NCBI GenBank assembly: GCA_002245135.1
Contig: NGBS01000878.1
Span: 62,001-126,000 of the forward strand
DNA: 64,000 nucleotides
Source: Proteromonas lacertae
Taxonomy: Eukaryota
Direction of reading: 5' to 3'
The position numbers were made by a program, and so were the translations under genes. Shown piece by piece: positions 38,219 to 52,731 of the stretch (the first letter of the stretch is position 1; each line of letters starts with the position of its first letter). Below the pieces are notes generated by a model that saw only the letters and a list, made by a program, of their open reading frames with translations, did no database searches and was not told the origin of the DNA.

Positions 38219-41200
38219 CTACGGACTTAAACAGTCGAATTTTATTAGTACCTCATTACTTTCTATCTCGAAAGGAATGTTAAGAGTTTCATGACTTCTC
38301 ACATGTACACATAATCCTGCATTTATCACTCTATCTCTACTTATATCACCAAATAAGGTGAAATTCCAATAAGACGGTATATGATTACCTGATATTGTGT
38401 AATAAGAACTGATTGGATAACTAAATACCATTGTTGAGTGCATATTCTCAGCAACTTGTAGTGGAAAATTTTCAACAGATGGTACAACTGCTAATTTATT
38501 GCCCAATCTCTTATTCAGAATGGTGCCAATAGAATTGTCAATGTAATTACCATAATTCGTTATAATTATATAATCTGTTGTCCAATTAGCATTTCGTAGT
38601 TGTTTTATTATCTCTGAAGGTACAAATGGCATTAATAAATGATAATATACAGTAATTAGTTGGTTTTGATACTTTAATATAGTTTGTACTATATCAGTCC
38701 TATTTTCTTCAGAAAAGAATATTATTTTATTAATATATCGATTCTTCATATTAAAATCAATTGTTTGTTGAAATATCTCTACTGATGATCCAGCTGGAAT
38801 AAGTACCAACATTGTTGTAACTTCATTTCTTATTCTAATCAATTGAGATGCTGATATTGGTGTTATAACTTTTAAAAAATCAAAAACTGAACTATCTGTA
38901 TGATGTAAGTATAAATACTTGATAAATAACTTCAAATTCAGTTCTGGGATAGATTGTGCCAACTGTAATATTTCTTCCATTGAATTGCTTACATCTGCAA
39001 TATCTTTCATTGTTTGATAAGATGATAGTATAACGTTTTGTGGATCTTTCATCAATCTAATACCTAATAATATTTTCATTAATTCTAATGGGATTTTTGG
39101 ATAACCAAATCCTTGGAGTTCTCAAGTATAAATCAGTCACATTTGTAAAGAAATCTCTCTATTTAACAACATAATAATAATAATATACATTTCTTTCAAA
39201 CCATTGTATTTTATCATTACACACATTATTAGGGAATAGATAAAAACAATAACGAAATCTTCTTTCAGCTTCAATAAAATCTCCTTTATTCATACTCAAA
39301 ATACCAAGTGCTAAATTATACTTTATATTTGTTGGATTCCATATTAATAAATCAAATAGTGTTCTTTTGTTAGTTGTTACTAAATAGTTAGTATAAACTG
39401 CATCTTCATTTATTGTAATAAATCCTAAAGCTTTTCTGAAGAAACTATTCCATTCTTCTACTATTTGATATCTATTAAACAATAATTGTCTCCTATCTTT
39501 AATGGTTTTTGTTACTGTATCATAATATGGTCTATTAGTTGCTAATCTTACTGCCATTTCTACATATTCTTCAAATGAATGAGCAATTCTATAAACAATA
39601 GTTGAATATAACTTTAACAACAATATATATATACAATTCTGTCATATTTATCATATGATAATAAGCATGTCCCATTCTTCCCTTTAAATAAGGTTGTGGC
39701 CAAGTTACAAATGGTTTCTATTACAAAAAAATAAATAAAATAAAACATAATAATATAATAATACTCCCACAATTAGTGCATCAATTGATGTTTTAGATCC
39801 TCCAAATGGGAATGGATGTAAGACAATATCTACACCACTCATATACTCTAAATAACCTTTATACCAAGTCCTCTCTAAGAATTTAACTGATGAATTAAAT
39901 AACTTCTCACCCATTGCAAATTTCAATCTATCTTTTGTAATATTAGTCCATTTTGGTGATCTTCCATTCACATAAACAACATAACTATTTGGAACTCTTT
40001 TTACTATTTCTGCTACAGCTTTATCAAAATCAGGATGCAATTTGAAATTACTCTAATAAATAATATATAACATTATATATATACTTGTAAGACTGAGAAA
40101 ACAATACTATTCTTTGATATTCCCCAATGTTCTTCTCTATCATAAACAGTATCCACAAATGGCATTGTAGAATACCAAATACCTTGATCACCTATTAATA
40201 TTGGCTGTTCTCTGTATTTGTCACGAGGATCGTCAGTTTCTAATAAATCGCCTGTAAAGAAGTAATCCATTGTTGGCATACCACTTGTTACTGGATTTCC
40301 CCAAAATTGACACTATTTCATAATAATAATAATAATAATAATATATATATATATATATATACTTGAATTCCAGCTAATCTCATATTAGCTAATACATACA
40401 CTTGCCATCCACTCAATATATCAGCATATACCAAAATATCAAACTGTAACTGTTCAATCATTCTTTGATTATAATAAGTTTCTAAAGCTAATGATACCTT
40501 ATGAACACCTGGCATATCTCTTTCATTAGGCATATCATTGAATGAAAACATATAAACTTCATAACCTAATTCTGGTAAACTCTTTATTACTCCTTCTAAT
40601 AATTCAACATGTGGTGAAAATGTATTGAAAATTCGAGAAATAAAACCAATTCTTAGTTTCTTATCTAATGATGGTAATTTATAACCATTTTTTAACCATT
40701 CTGCTGTATAAACTAATTGTGGTGATTTCTTCCTTACCATATTACTAAAATTTATCATTATATCTTTATCATTAAATCCCATATAAGGTAAATAAAATAT
40801 AGAAACCATATCACAGTTTTCTATGGCAGTATCAATTGTTACATTGATTTTTTCAGCTTTTTTAATTCCTTCAATTAAATATCTTCTTGTTTCTATCATT
40901 GCTTCTTTACTTTCTATTATACATGGCACAATTATGTCTTTCTTTATTTTATCACAGGAGTTGTTAGTATGTTCTGCTAAATAATCATTTATTCTTCTCA
41001 CTTCCATTTCATCGTTTAATAACATTGCAATTCTTCCTCTTGTATCGAAGAGACCTGTATTATTTGGATCTATTGCTTCAGCTTGCTTTAATACTTCTTT
41101 AGCTTCAATAAATTGAAAATGAATCAAATCGTAATGAATTTCATCAGCCATAAATTCAATATCATTTGGATAATATTTTCTAGCAATTTTGATGGCTTTT

Positions 41201-41939
41201 AATAGTTTATCTGTATTACTTAACATCTATAATTTATTATTAAAGAAAATTATATTTTTAAAATACTTTATTAACATAAATGATTGTTTTTAAACATACT
41301 ATATTACTTTCATCTATTTCTAAACATTTGTCTAAAGCTTCATCACCAACATTCCATAAACCAACACCATAACTACATTTAGCTATATTGTTATAACAGT
41401 TATCATAATTTGGTTGTTTCTCACACACTTCTTTTAATATTTTGAATGATTCAATTTTGTCTTTTTCAAGAATTGTTACTGCATATCTATCCATATATTT
41501 TATATCACCAGGATTTAATTTGTATAAAATATATGCTGCAGCTTGTAAACTATCCATTGCCTCTTTACTGGTTCTATTTGCCAAATCAAAGACTTTATCA
41601 AAACATTGAGTGAAATTATTCCATTCTGATTCATCTAATTTGCTTTTAAAGATAGGTGCAAATTCGTCCAAGTCTTTTTGAACTTCTGCTGTGAAATTTA
41701 AAACAGTTTTTTCAAGAGTGATATTCAATCTACACAACTTGTAAAGAATCGATATTCCACATAATCTGTGATCTGCATTGCACAATCTAAAAATGTATTA
41801 CTATCTTTATACTCCTTATTTTCAGTAAGTTCTTCATTAATAAACCCACCATAAAAGCAACTACACCATTGTAATATAACTATTAATGATATTTAATTTT
41901 TATACAACAAAAGACAACCAATCTTAAGAAATATCCCAT
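38219..41939 (-). CDS. TPR-containing GT41 (SPINDLY/OGT-family) glycosyltransferase with a predicted signal peptide
   Basis: TPR-like region, LRIGFIS, FWGNPVTSGMPTMDYF, KLHPDFD and DIVLHPFPFGGSKTS. Hydrophobic N-terminus. +1 break near 39123. Confidence 0.8.
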
Positions 41940-42030
41940 TTTTAAATTCTATTTTGCATTTATGAGTTGGCTTGTTGTTAAGCAAACTATTGAAGGATAT
42001 TTAATTGAATTACTCTTCTTATAGATAAAA

Positions 42031-43503
42031 ATGAGCAAAGTATATTTCACTCATTATCTATAATCCTTTTCAACTGTTCATATATGTTATATAATAGGAG
42101 AAATCTGAAGGATCTTTTTTAAGTCGTTTAAAAGGCTTTGGATCAAGAAAGAAAGTATTTTTTTATTTGTTATTTTATTTATAGATTGATGAAGAACCCA
42201 AAGAAACTGAAAAAAAGTCATGGTCTTTATTTGGATCAAAATCCACACCAGGTAATATCAAAAAAGTATATACAATAGAAACTTAAATCTAAATGTAGGA
42301 TCAATCAAGTGAATTCGATTCCACACCATCAACCAAAACTAAATTACCACCAATGGGCCATGAAGGAGCAGGAGATAGAGATGATCTACAGTCAGATCGT
42401 ATAAATATTCATTTTATTAATACAAATAAATAGGTGGTGAAGATGCAGCTCCAGCACCATCACTCACAGCTTCAACTTCACAAATACTAGAAGATATGGA
42501 AATAGAAAGAATAAAAGAAATAGAAAAGATATTATCTGAAGAAAATATAGATATCAAACAACTAAAAGACAAAGCTTGGCATGGAATACCAGATAAATAC
42601 AGAGCAATAACATGGAAAATATTATTCGGCTATTTACCTCCCAATAAAAACAGAAGAGAATTAACAATGAAACGAAAGAGAGAAGAATATACAGATTGTA
42701 TACCAAGATATTATGATAGTGATACTGAAAAGAGTGAACAGGAACAAGATATGTTGAGGCAGATATTAGTGGATATGCCTAGAACTGCACCTGGAATACC
42801 ATTATTCCATCATGAAATAATACAAAAAGTATATATAAAGAATTTTTTATTTTTATTTTTGAAATAGAGTATGGAAAGAATGTTATATATATGGTCACTA
42901 CGACATCCAGCTACACGTTATGTTCAAGGATTCAATGATATTATCACACCATTCTATATAGTCTTTTTAGCTGATACAATTGGCGATATTAAACAAACTA
43001 TTTCTTATGATGTTAGTAAGCTGAGTAATGATGTTATATTGAATATGGAAGCTGATACATATTGGTGCTTCTCTAAATTGATCGATGGTATTCAAGATCA
43101 CTATACATTTGATCAAAGTGGTATTCAAAAATGTATTAGTAAGGTGCAAGATATTGTAGAGAGAATGGATGCACCATTAAATCAACATTTGACAGAATTA
43201 GGTATAGAATATATACAATTTGCTTTCCGATGGTTTAATTGTTTCCTATTGCGTGATATTCCATTGAAATCGATTGTTAGATTATGGGATACATACTTGG
43301 GAGAGGATAATGGGTTTGAAACATACCATGTTTATATATGTGCAAGTTTTCTTCTTTCTTTTGCTGATAAAATAAAGTCATCCGATTTTCAAGAGATTAT
43401 ATTGTTCTTACAAGATCCTCCCACAGGTGCATATGATATAAAAGATGAAGAATCGTTATTATCTCAGGCTTACGTGTTGAAGAGTATGTTTTCAACAAAG
43501 TAG
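42031..43503 (+). CDS. Rab GTPase-activating protein, TBC1D22/Gyp1 family
   Basis: AWHGIP...RAITWKILFGYLP, QILVDMPRT, YVQGFNDI and IQFAFRWFNC. Confidence 0.93.
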
Positions 43504-43655
43504 TGTAATAGTAATAATATACATAAGGGTAATAATTATTATTAAACCTCCTTATTGTTGTTAGTTATTGAGAAAAATAGAAAAAAGTCAAAAACTTGAC
43601 TTGATTCTTCAAGCCAAACCTTTATCCCTAATTTCTTCTTTCAAAATCTATCGAA

Positions 43656-45634
43656 ATGTCCAATGTTTTAGATGAAGAAAAACCATTACAAGATTCTATT
43701 ATCTGGGAACTACAGAAATCATATTATGATAATATTAATATCAAATGTTGGAGTGATGGTATAGTCCCAAATTTCGTCACTTCAAATTGCTTCATTGCCC
43801 ATCAATATGCTAGAGGTATTTTAACATTTATTAGAAGTTATTATGCAAGGTATTATTTAATAATCTAATTTTATACTCTTTCAATAGCCCTGATGCTGAT
43901 AAAAGCCAACCAATATATATTCTAGAATTAGGAGCAGGCCATGGCAAATTGACATTCCATATAGTCAAGTTTTTGTTGCAAATGAAAGAATTCTTTCCTC
44001 CCGGTGTTGATCATCCATTCAAATGCATTTTAACTGATTTTAGCAGTCATTTTGTTGATTTTTGGAGAAATCATCCACCACTTGCAGAATTAGCTAAAGA
44101 TGGTTGGTTAGATTACGCTGTTTTTGGTATAATTATATATTATTATCAATTTTATGTATTTAACATTATATAGATGCTGAAAATGATACACAACTCGATC
44201 TAGAACTAAGCCATACAGTAATTAAGCAAAATGATCTTCACAATCCACTAGTGGTAGTAGCAAACTATTTATTCGATTCATTAAAACAAGCTGCAATGAG
44301 ATTTTCTAAAGATAATGTAGAAATTGTCAATTGCAGAGTATTAAGTGATAGAGCTGAAATACCCTCTACCTATCCTGATGTAATAAACCATATGACATGT
44401 GAGTGGTCTTATGATAGTTCTACAATAGATCACTTCAACGATGAAAAATTAAAGAATGTTTTAAAACAATATACTCAATTTGAAAATAGTACCGTTTTAA
44501 TACCAATTGGTTCAATAAATACAATGAAAAATATTAAAATATTATCTAATAACAAATATTTAATGTTAGTAGGTGATAAAGCCTATATTTCATTAGCTGA
44601 AATATCTAATTTAGGATCTCCATTTATATCTCTACATGGTTCATTTTCTTTCGTTGTTAATTTACATTGCATAATGGAATATATCAAACAAAGTGATGAT
44701 GATAATAGTAGCGGTGGTGGTAATTGTCTAGTAACACCATATACTGATGGAATTAAGTGCTGCTCATTCTATCAAGGAATCGATAAGAAGGTAATGAATC
44801 AATTCTGTTATTTCTGGAAAGTATAATTTGATATATTTTATTTATAATTTTTGTTTAGACTCAAATGGAAGTATTTGGTCCAGAAACATTTAGTCGATTA
44901 CAGCGATCGATTAGAGAAGAAACTAATTCACCATCTTTAAAGAATGCATTATCTGTAATAAGATTGAGTTATTTTGATAGTGATGTATTTTATAAATTTA
45001 GACAAGTATGTTTTATATATATTATTATTATTATTATATGGTTATTGGTATATTTTCCTATTTAATATTTATTAAAACTATCAATATTATAATCTCATTA
45101 TATACCTATATTATATATATATATATATATATTACTGTTATTGACCGAAATTTATATTTCATTACAACAAAATATGAATATAAATATGTGCAATAACAAC
45201 ACTCAAATTTTAACAATACTCTCTATATATTTTAATAGGTTTTAATTGATCGAATTCCCTATGTCAATGAACGCCAGATGGAAGATATACTTAAAGATTT
45301 GAAAGAGATCTATAACAACTACTATCCTTTACAAAGAATTAAAGATATTACATTTGAATTAGGAAGGATTTATATGGGAATAAAACAGTACAAAACAGCG
45401 TTGAATTATTTCGAAGATTCGAAAAAATACTGTGGCGAGCATCCAATAAGCTGGTATAACATGGGAATCTGCTATTTCAATTTGAATGAATTTCAACAAT
45501 CATTTGATTGTTTTAATCGATCATTGAATCTTAGACCAGATTATCATGATGCAAGGAGCTGGAAAACAAGAGTTGAAAGCAAATTAGCTTCAGAATCTAA
45601 GGCAAGTGAAGAAAATAAAACTGAAACAGTTTAA
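43656..45634 (+). CDS. SAM-dependent methyltransferase (MidA/NDUFAF7-like) with C-terminal TPRs
   Basis: IYILELGAGHGK SAM motif, VVANYLFDSL and TPR repeats in the last exon. 233-nt intron at 45006-45238. Confidence 0.75.
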
Positions 45635-45922
45635 TTATTATTATAATTGTGATTTTTTGCATGTTGTGTTGTTGAATGTTGAATAAAACACTAATAATTG
45701 TTATAAAAGTTTGACATAAGTTTGTCACTTACTAAAACTTTGGTTATTTTAATATTTTCCAGCAACGTACATTTTTGTCGAGCAATTTAGGTATTTTGTC
45801 TTTTTCTTCATAAACCATTCTAGAACCAAGCTAAGCGCTAGCAAATACAATTCAAATACCAGTTTTTTATATAACATTCAATCAAAAGAATAAAATCATT
45901 TGTAGATATCATAGACTTTATT

Positions 45923-46585
45923 ATGACACACGATAAAGAGATAGATAACAGTATGGTTCTACCTATTTGTCCTTCTAAGAGTGGTATTGACACAAACTTA
46001 TGCAAATACATAACTAACACCATACCAGACAGTTTTTGTTCTAATCATTTAATTACACCAATAATTCCATTTCAATTCTACTCTAATACGAGAGATTTTA
46101 TGAATTACTCGCCTGCCAATTCTATAACATCTTTTAATAGACATTTGGACGGAAGTAGATGTGTAAATATTTATATATTTGAAGTTACAAATAAGAACAA
46201 CTCTCAAAAGAATAATAATAAATCAAATGAGCTTTCTAAAAATATAACAACTGCTCAACATCAACACAATTATAATAATGGTGATATAACACCAATTATA
46301 CAATTCACTGATGAGTATGAAGCAGAAAAAATAAAACGGAAAAGACAAAAAACATCCACATCTTCTTCTCAAGCATATAATATACAATATAGTTGTTCAT
46401 CCAAATACAAAAAATACGATACAGCAAAACAGCAAAAAAAAATAGCATATGATGTAATTGACGTTTTTGACAAGCCTTCAAATGTAATTATATCTGCAAC
46501 TAGTATAGAGAGTCAACAAGTAAGTGGCAAAAGAAAAAGGAAGATAGCTAAAGAACAAATCAAACATATCTCATTAGATGTTTAA
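45923..46585 (+). CDS. Intronless orphan ORF, 220 aa, with basic NLS-like clusters
   Basis: 663-bp open frame in very AT-rich DNA; KIKRKRQK and GKRKRK. No recognisable family. Confidence 0.45.
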   Translation: MTHDKEIDNSMVLPICPSKSGIDTNLCKYITNTIPDSFCSNHLITPIIPFQFYSNTRDFMNYSPANSITSFNRHLDGSRCVNIYIFEVTNKNNSQKNNNKSNELSKNITTAQHQHNYNNGDITPIIQFTDEYEAEKIKRKRQKTSTSSSQAYNIQYSCSSKYKKYDTAKQQKKIAYDVIDVFDKPSNVIISATSIESQQVSGKRKRKIAKEQIKHISLDV

Positions 46586-47055
46586 GAATAGTAACTCAAT
46601 CAACTAAAAGAATAAAATGATATAAAAAAAAAAATAAAACAAAAAAAAATAAATAACTACTTTACTAATCATTACTGAATATAAATGACATTGCTATTTT
46701 AAGCAAATAATATACACTTATAAGTATTATGTTTGTTGAACTATTAAAATTAAACAAATAAAATGAGTTATTTAAACTAAGAAACTAAGATATTTGACTT
46801 GATTTTAATCTGTGACTTATTGTAACTAAAACTATAAAAATATTTCTATATTGACATTTTATAAATAACATAATGTATTACATCTTAATAAGAGATGTTA
46901 TAAGAATTTTACAAAAAAACAAATTTTACAAAAATATAATAAATATATTATGTTTATTAGCTTATTCCATTTATATCATTATTTAGCATTATCTAATTCT
47001 AATAAATATCATTTGAGGGATTATTATTTATATCAAACTATATTATTTATGCAAT

Positions 47056-48114
47056 ATGGATAATAATAATATTCATTCTTCAGATTCGAAAGGTGTTGAA
47101 GAGGAAAGTGAGGTTTTATCAACTAATAAATATAAACACAGATTATCTAATACAGATTCAGATATTTCATATTCTATTTCTAAACACTTCAAAAAACAAG
47201 AAGATGAAGAAGATATTTCATTCAATTTATCTTCATTATCTCAAGAAAATGAAAATTCTTCTTCTTTCACTACTTTCATCGATCAACAGATTAATCAAAA
47301 TCAAATTCAACAACAATCTCCTCCTCTTTTATCACAACAAATATTATCTTCTTCATCATCATTATTATTATCTAAATCAGATATTATATCAATCGATTTT
47401 CCTATTCAACAACAACAACAACAACAACCTTCATTATCACCTATACAAATATCATATTTTAGTAAATTTCAGCATGATATTAAAGATATGTTAATTATAG
47501 AATCAGTTAATGAAGTGGATAAACAACTGTTTCAAGATCAATTCAAACATCAATCAATTAATCCCATTTTTGAATCAAAATATACAAATAGACCTCCATT
47601 CTTTAAAAAGAAGACTTGTATTAGAGATAAATTACCTTGTGATGATAATAAGAGTTTCTTATATTGTATTGCTTATCATTTCTCACAAAAATCAACTTAT
47701 TTACAGGATTATAAAAAGATGGCTTTGGATAAATATATTTATGATATTAATCAACAACATCTATGTTATCCAGTTAATCCATATGATGAAAATATATTAT
47801 TTCAGTTTGAAACTAATAATAATATCGCCATTAACATCTTTTATATGAATCAACAAGAGAAAGTGGAGATTCTTAGAAATACATCTTTCAAAGATCATTC
47901 TCACAAAATTGATGTTGTCAATATGTTGTTTCATAAATCATCTGACAGAACAGTCAAGTATTTGTATATTGCTTCTTTACCAACTATTCTGGGATATGTT
48001 TATAACCAAAACATGAAGAACAAACATGTCTGTCCATTGTGTTTACAAATATTAGATACAGCTAAGAAGTTAGAACTTCATAATTCACAATACAATTCAA
48101 ATAAAATAATATAG
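47056..48114 (+). CDS. Intronless Polinton pPolB N-terminal-like ORF, copy 2
   Basis: Nearly identical to 29197-30252 (one extra Leu, one S/N change). Confidence 0.6.
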   Translation: MDNNNIHSSDSKGVEEESEVLSTNKYKHRLSNTDSDISYSISKHFKKQEDEEDISFNLSSLSQENENSSSFTTFIDQQINQNQIQQQSPPLLSQQILSSSSSLLLSKSDIISIDFPIQQQQQQQPSLSPIQISYFSKFQHDIKDMLIIESVNEVDKQLFQDQFKHQSINPIFESKYTNRPPFFKKKTCIRDKLPCDDNKSFLYCIAYHFSQKSTYLQDYKKMALDKYIYDINQQHLCYPVNPYDENILFQFETNNNIAINIFYMNQQEKVEILRNTSFKDHSHKIDVVNMLFHKSSDRTVKYLYIASLPTILGYVYNQNMKNKHVCPLCLQILDTAKKLELHNSQYNSNKII

Positions 48115-48349
48115 ATTATAACTAGTTTTTAATTTCATAAATGTTTTGATATTTAGATGTTGCATTATAAATTAACAATAAATGAAGAAGAAAATGATAA
48201 AAATAATAAATTGATTTGATTATGGTTTGTTCAAAATAGAAATTAATAAAAGAAAATATTGAATGAGATATGATAGATATCATCTATATTCTATTATTTT
48301 TATTCAATATAAAACACATATCAACCAATAATAGGCAATATATTAGTAT

Positions 48350-50878
48350 TTAGTTCAATACTAACAACAATGTGAATAAAGTGAATAACAACATCATTGA
48401 ATATCTATTACCATTATTATCTGATCCATTCACATCAACCTCTACTCCAACATATTTATATATATCTGGATTCACTTTTATTAATTCTTCTTTTATTGTT
48501 GAAATACTTGTTTCTTTCATTATCTTCTTCATTTCTTCTTTTGAAGTCTTATCAACCACTATTATTGATATTTCTAACTCAATTGATTTATTTTCTTCTA
48601 TCATTCTTGATTTAGATTCTTTTGTTTGTATTGTAATATCTTCATCATGTAATATTATATTCTTTTCTTCATATATTTTCTTTATTGTTTGTTTTATATC
48701 ATTAAATAAACTACTCACATCAACAGAAGTAATATTTGATAGAATCATTGTTATTTCTACTGTTTCTTCTTTTTGAGTTGTTGGATTACTTTCAGTACTT
48801 TCACTTGTTTCAATTGTTTGACTTGTTTGACTTGTTTCAATTGTTTGACTTGTTTCAATTGTTTGACTTGTTTCAATTGTTTCAATATCACTATTATCAA
48901 TTAGTTTGATTTTTTCTTTCATAAATTCATATACTTCAGTAAAATTACTCTTATATTGTTTAATTAGTTTATTTCCATCTAAACCTATTTCATATGCAAT
49001 TGCATTAGTATTAGCTATGTATTTATTAAATTGAAAATTATATCCACTTTCAATAAAATAATATCCATCAATTCCTTCTCTTGTGTATATAAATTCATTA
49101 CTACTACTCTGCATATTAGAGAAATCTTCATTCTCAAGTAATGCAGAAAAAGATTTACCATAATCCCAATCTTTGTAAGTATCTTCATTATAAACAATAC
49201 CATTAAACATAAGCTTCTGATATATTGAACCATCTTCTTTGACAGTATTATGAAAAACACATTTATCTTTTGGAATTGGTTTTATTGATTTGGATATTTT
49301 ATTCACTATATTCATCATTGATTCACCATCTATTATATATATTGATAAATTAATATACTTGTTTCTGTTAAATCATATTCAACTTTTTCATTCCCTTCAA
49401 TTATAAGTTTTGTATTATCAAATAAGAAACTGCCTTTTGGAAAGTTGAATGTCATACCTTCACATTTTGTATTTATATCTCTATTTCAGAATATAAGTAT
49501 ATTATTCATACTTTAATGGAATAAAACCTACACAACTACTAATATCATTCTTTTCAAAGTCTATTCCACTTAAACCATTATCAAAATCTTCTACTGTATT
49601 TATAATAAATGATTTTATTTCTTCAGATAGTGTTTTAACAAATTTGTATTGATATAAATCACCATTCTTTATTCCCTGTTCAATATATGTAAATAATGTT
49701 GAGGTAATGAAATAACCAACATATTTATTTTTATCAGCACTTTCATAATAATATCCTTTCTCTGATGTTAGTTTTTCTTTTGAATTTGACAATACCATTC
49801 TATTTCTTTTTGTTTGTTGGTTTTCTAATGATTCAACATATGCATTATATTTTGCATAAATATTATTTACATCATTTGTTAACATATTCTTTATTTCTGT
49901 TTTACTGTATTGTTTATACCAAGAATCTGAATATCCTCTTCCTGGTGATAATAAATCTTTATATAAAAACGCATATTCACATTTTTCTTCAATACAAGAA
50001 ACATGTTGATCAAAACCATCAGTTATTCTCATAGCTGTATAAGTATCATACATTGTAATGTTTGTATCAAAATAAACAAATTCAGCATAAGAAATGCCTT
50101 GATCAACATCTTCATCATATGATATCATAAAAGCTTGTTTTGGTGTAAAAATTCCTTCCTTTCCATACATGTAAAATTGATCAGCTGATGGAGCTATTAA
50201 TCTAATATGAAGATATTCTATTCTATAATCAATCTCTTCAGTTGCTATTCATTATTTAATTAATAAAAATAATACTTAACAAATTATCCTCATTACCACT
50301 AAAACCATTTTCAAATACCATCGTATCATGTTCTGCATTATAGCTGATAGGAGAATCATATCCATCTATTTTTGAAGTTACTTCATTCTTTATTCTTTCA
50401 CACATCTTTTCCAAATCTCTATAATAAACAATATAAATATAAGTTAGTAATACACAATTGTATATTCTTTGTGTTGGATTGAACAACCATCAACTCCATT
50501 AAACTCAGCAACTTCAGATTGGCTAAAATAGAAGAATGATTGGGTTTTATTCAACTCACCTTTGGTAATATCATATTTAGGACGATTTCCACTGATTGTA
50601 ATAGAATAAACTAGCTTAACCATCTTAAAATCTTCAACTTTTGTTCTCTCAACGATTAACATTCTTGTGTTTGTAATAAAATATACTTCATTATAATCAT
50701 CATAACTCTGTGAAACAGATTTATGTAAATCTAACACTTCATTACCTGATTTTGATTTATGTCTTCTTATCTTGCTCAAATCTCTTTCATCTGAATAGCA
50801 GACTAATAATAAAACCACAATAAGAATGTCTAATGAAAGAGAAGATAATATTTATAATAAAATACTTAAGATTTTCAT
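48350..50878 (-). CDS. Predicted cell-surface protein, copy 2
   Basis: Same exon structure as 26424-28961, with clustered amino-acid differences. Confidence 0.75.
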
Positions 50879-51653
50879 TATTTTAGTGTAAAATGTAACG
50901 GTTTTTCAATTTACTTTTAAACATGGATTGTTAATTATTTAATTGTATGACATTCTAATGGTTCTCTTCTTTTTTATTACAATATATTTATTAATGTGTA
51001 GATTTTACTTTTATTATAAATGTATAACGAAATAAATCCTTTCATCTAACTAATTCATATTTTATATAACCTATTGATATTGCGTACATTAGCAATATGA
51101 AATACTAATACAATTAGTGTAATTATAACAAAACAAACTATTAACAATAAAAGTTGCATCAAAACATCTATATAGTAATAAATTATATGAATACCACCTT
51201 CAGCACAATTTCATATTTTTACATTCATTATACATACACTCCATAAATATTTCAACCCACAAACACTTTTCAATTTCCTTTACACTATTTTTCACTCTAC
51301 AGTCGTTTACTTTATTTGCTTCACATATTTATTTGTCTCTATCATTTTAAAGTCTTGATTTATTCGATGTAACTGATTTGAAAATAATGAAACGAATTTA
51401 TTTCAAAAATTAATCCAAAATCAATATTTTGCTAAAATGAAAGTAATAGATAGTGAAAATAATGGTAAAGAATAATAGAGATTGTTTATCAATAGATTTG
51501 TGTTGAAATGAAAATATATCAGTGATTATAACTCTATTTATATATATTCTATTAAAGAATATGGTAGTGCTGGTAGTATAATTCCAATAACAAAGCATAT
51601 ACTTAAATAAATCAATTAATCAAATTTATTCTAAATTAGTATAAATATATCAG

Positions 51654-52731
51654 TTATTCACATTTAATATGCCTATAAAGTGTTTTAGTAGATAAGCAAC
51701 TTCGATTTGAATAACCGAATTGTTTTCTTAGCTTATAAACAACATAATTAAATGAACCTGTTGTTGGATTATCAAGTCCATAATCATATTCATCAGGAGA
51801 TGAATTTTTCGTAAATAATCTTCTGAAATACTTGTGAAAGTACGTTTCTTGTGTATATTTTGTACTTGCAGGATAATATTTCAATAATAATCTATGAATT
51901 ATTGATTTATAATCATATTCAATAAATGTTTGCTTTTTCAAGGATTGTTGGAATGTATGTAAGTTGTTTAAATATTCTAAATTATTCTCACAGGCGAACA
52001 TAAATTCTTTCATTATGAATAAATTACCATTTCTATACTCAATATATTAAATGAGATTAATATCATACACTTTCCTTTCGTTTGAAGATAAACCATTTAC
52101 TAACTCTAAATCAAAATAAAATGATAGAGAAAGACAATAATCTTCAATAAATTTCATTACTTGCTCCTAATTATGAAATAATCACTACATTAATACTTTT
52201 GTTATGAATATGTTGCTATATACATTCGACAGCACTAATAAAATAGAGTTTATATCAGTGGTATTGAAAAAAAGGAATAGAGAAACAAATTGGAAGTAAT
52301 CATTGAATGAAACTCTTCCTACACAAAAATAAAAAATAGATATACCATCTTTGAAGAACATATTAACGAATTGTTTGCCTACTACAAACTGGCTGAGTAT
52401 ACTTGTCTTAGTTATCACAGAACAACATGTTTCTGTGCAGATATTCATGTATGCTTTAGCCACACTTTTTACATTATCATTTGACACTAAAATAGAGTTT
52501 AAGTAATATACAGAACAGAGTTTGTGCCATTAATTTACTGATATTCGATAGTTTAAAGTCACCGTTGAGTTGTTCAATATTACCTTCAATTTTATGCAGA
52601 TTACACTGAGGAGACTATTAGCTTATTATATGTTAATGATATACTTCGTCTACAGAGAAATCTTCGGTAATGATGGGAGATAATGTTATTCTTAGCTCCT
52701 TCGATAAATCTGGGCTTTTTCTACCCTCCAT
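51654..52731 (-). CDS. Unknown family protein, copy C
   Basis: Inverted duplicate of 24571-25639. Confidence 0.7.

Noticed and set aside
45006..45238. Hidden RNA or exon in the 233-nt intron
   Set aside because: Mostly TA/TTA low-complexity sequence; no structure or in-frame exon seen.
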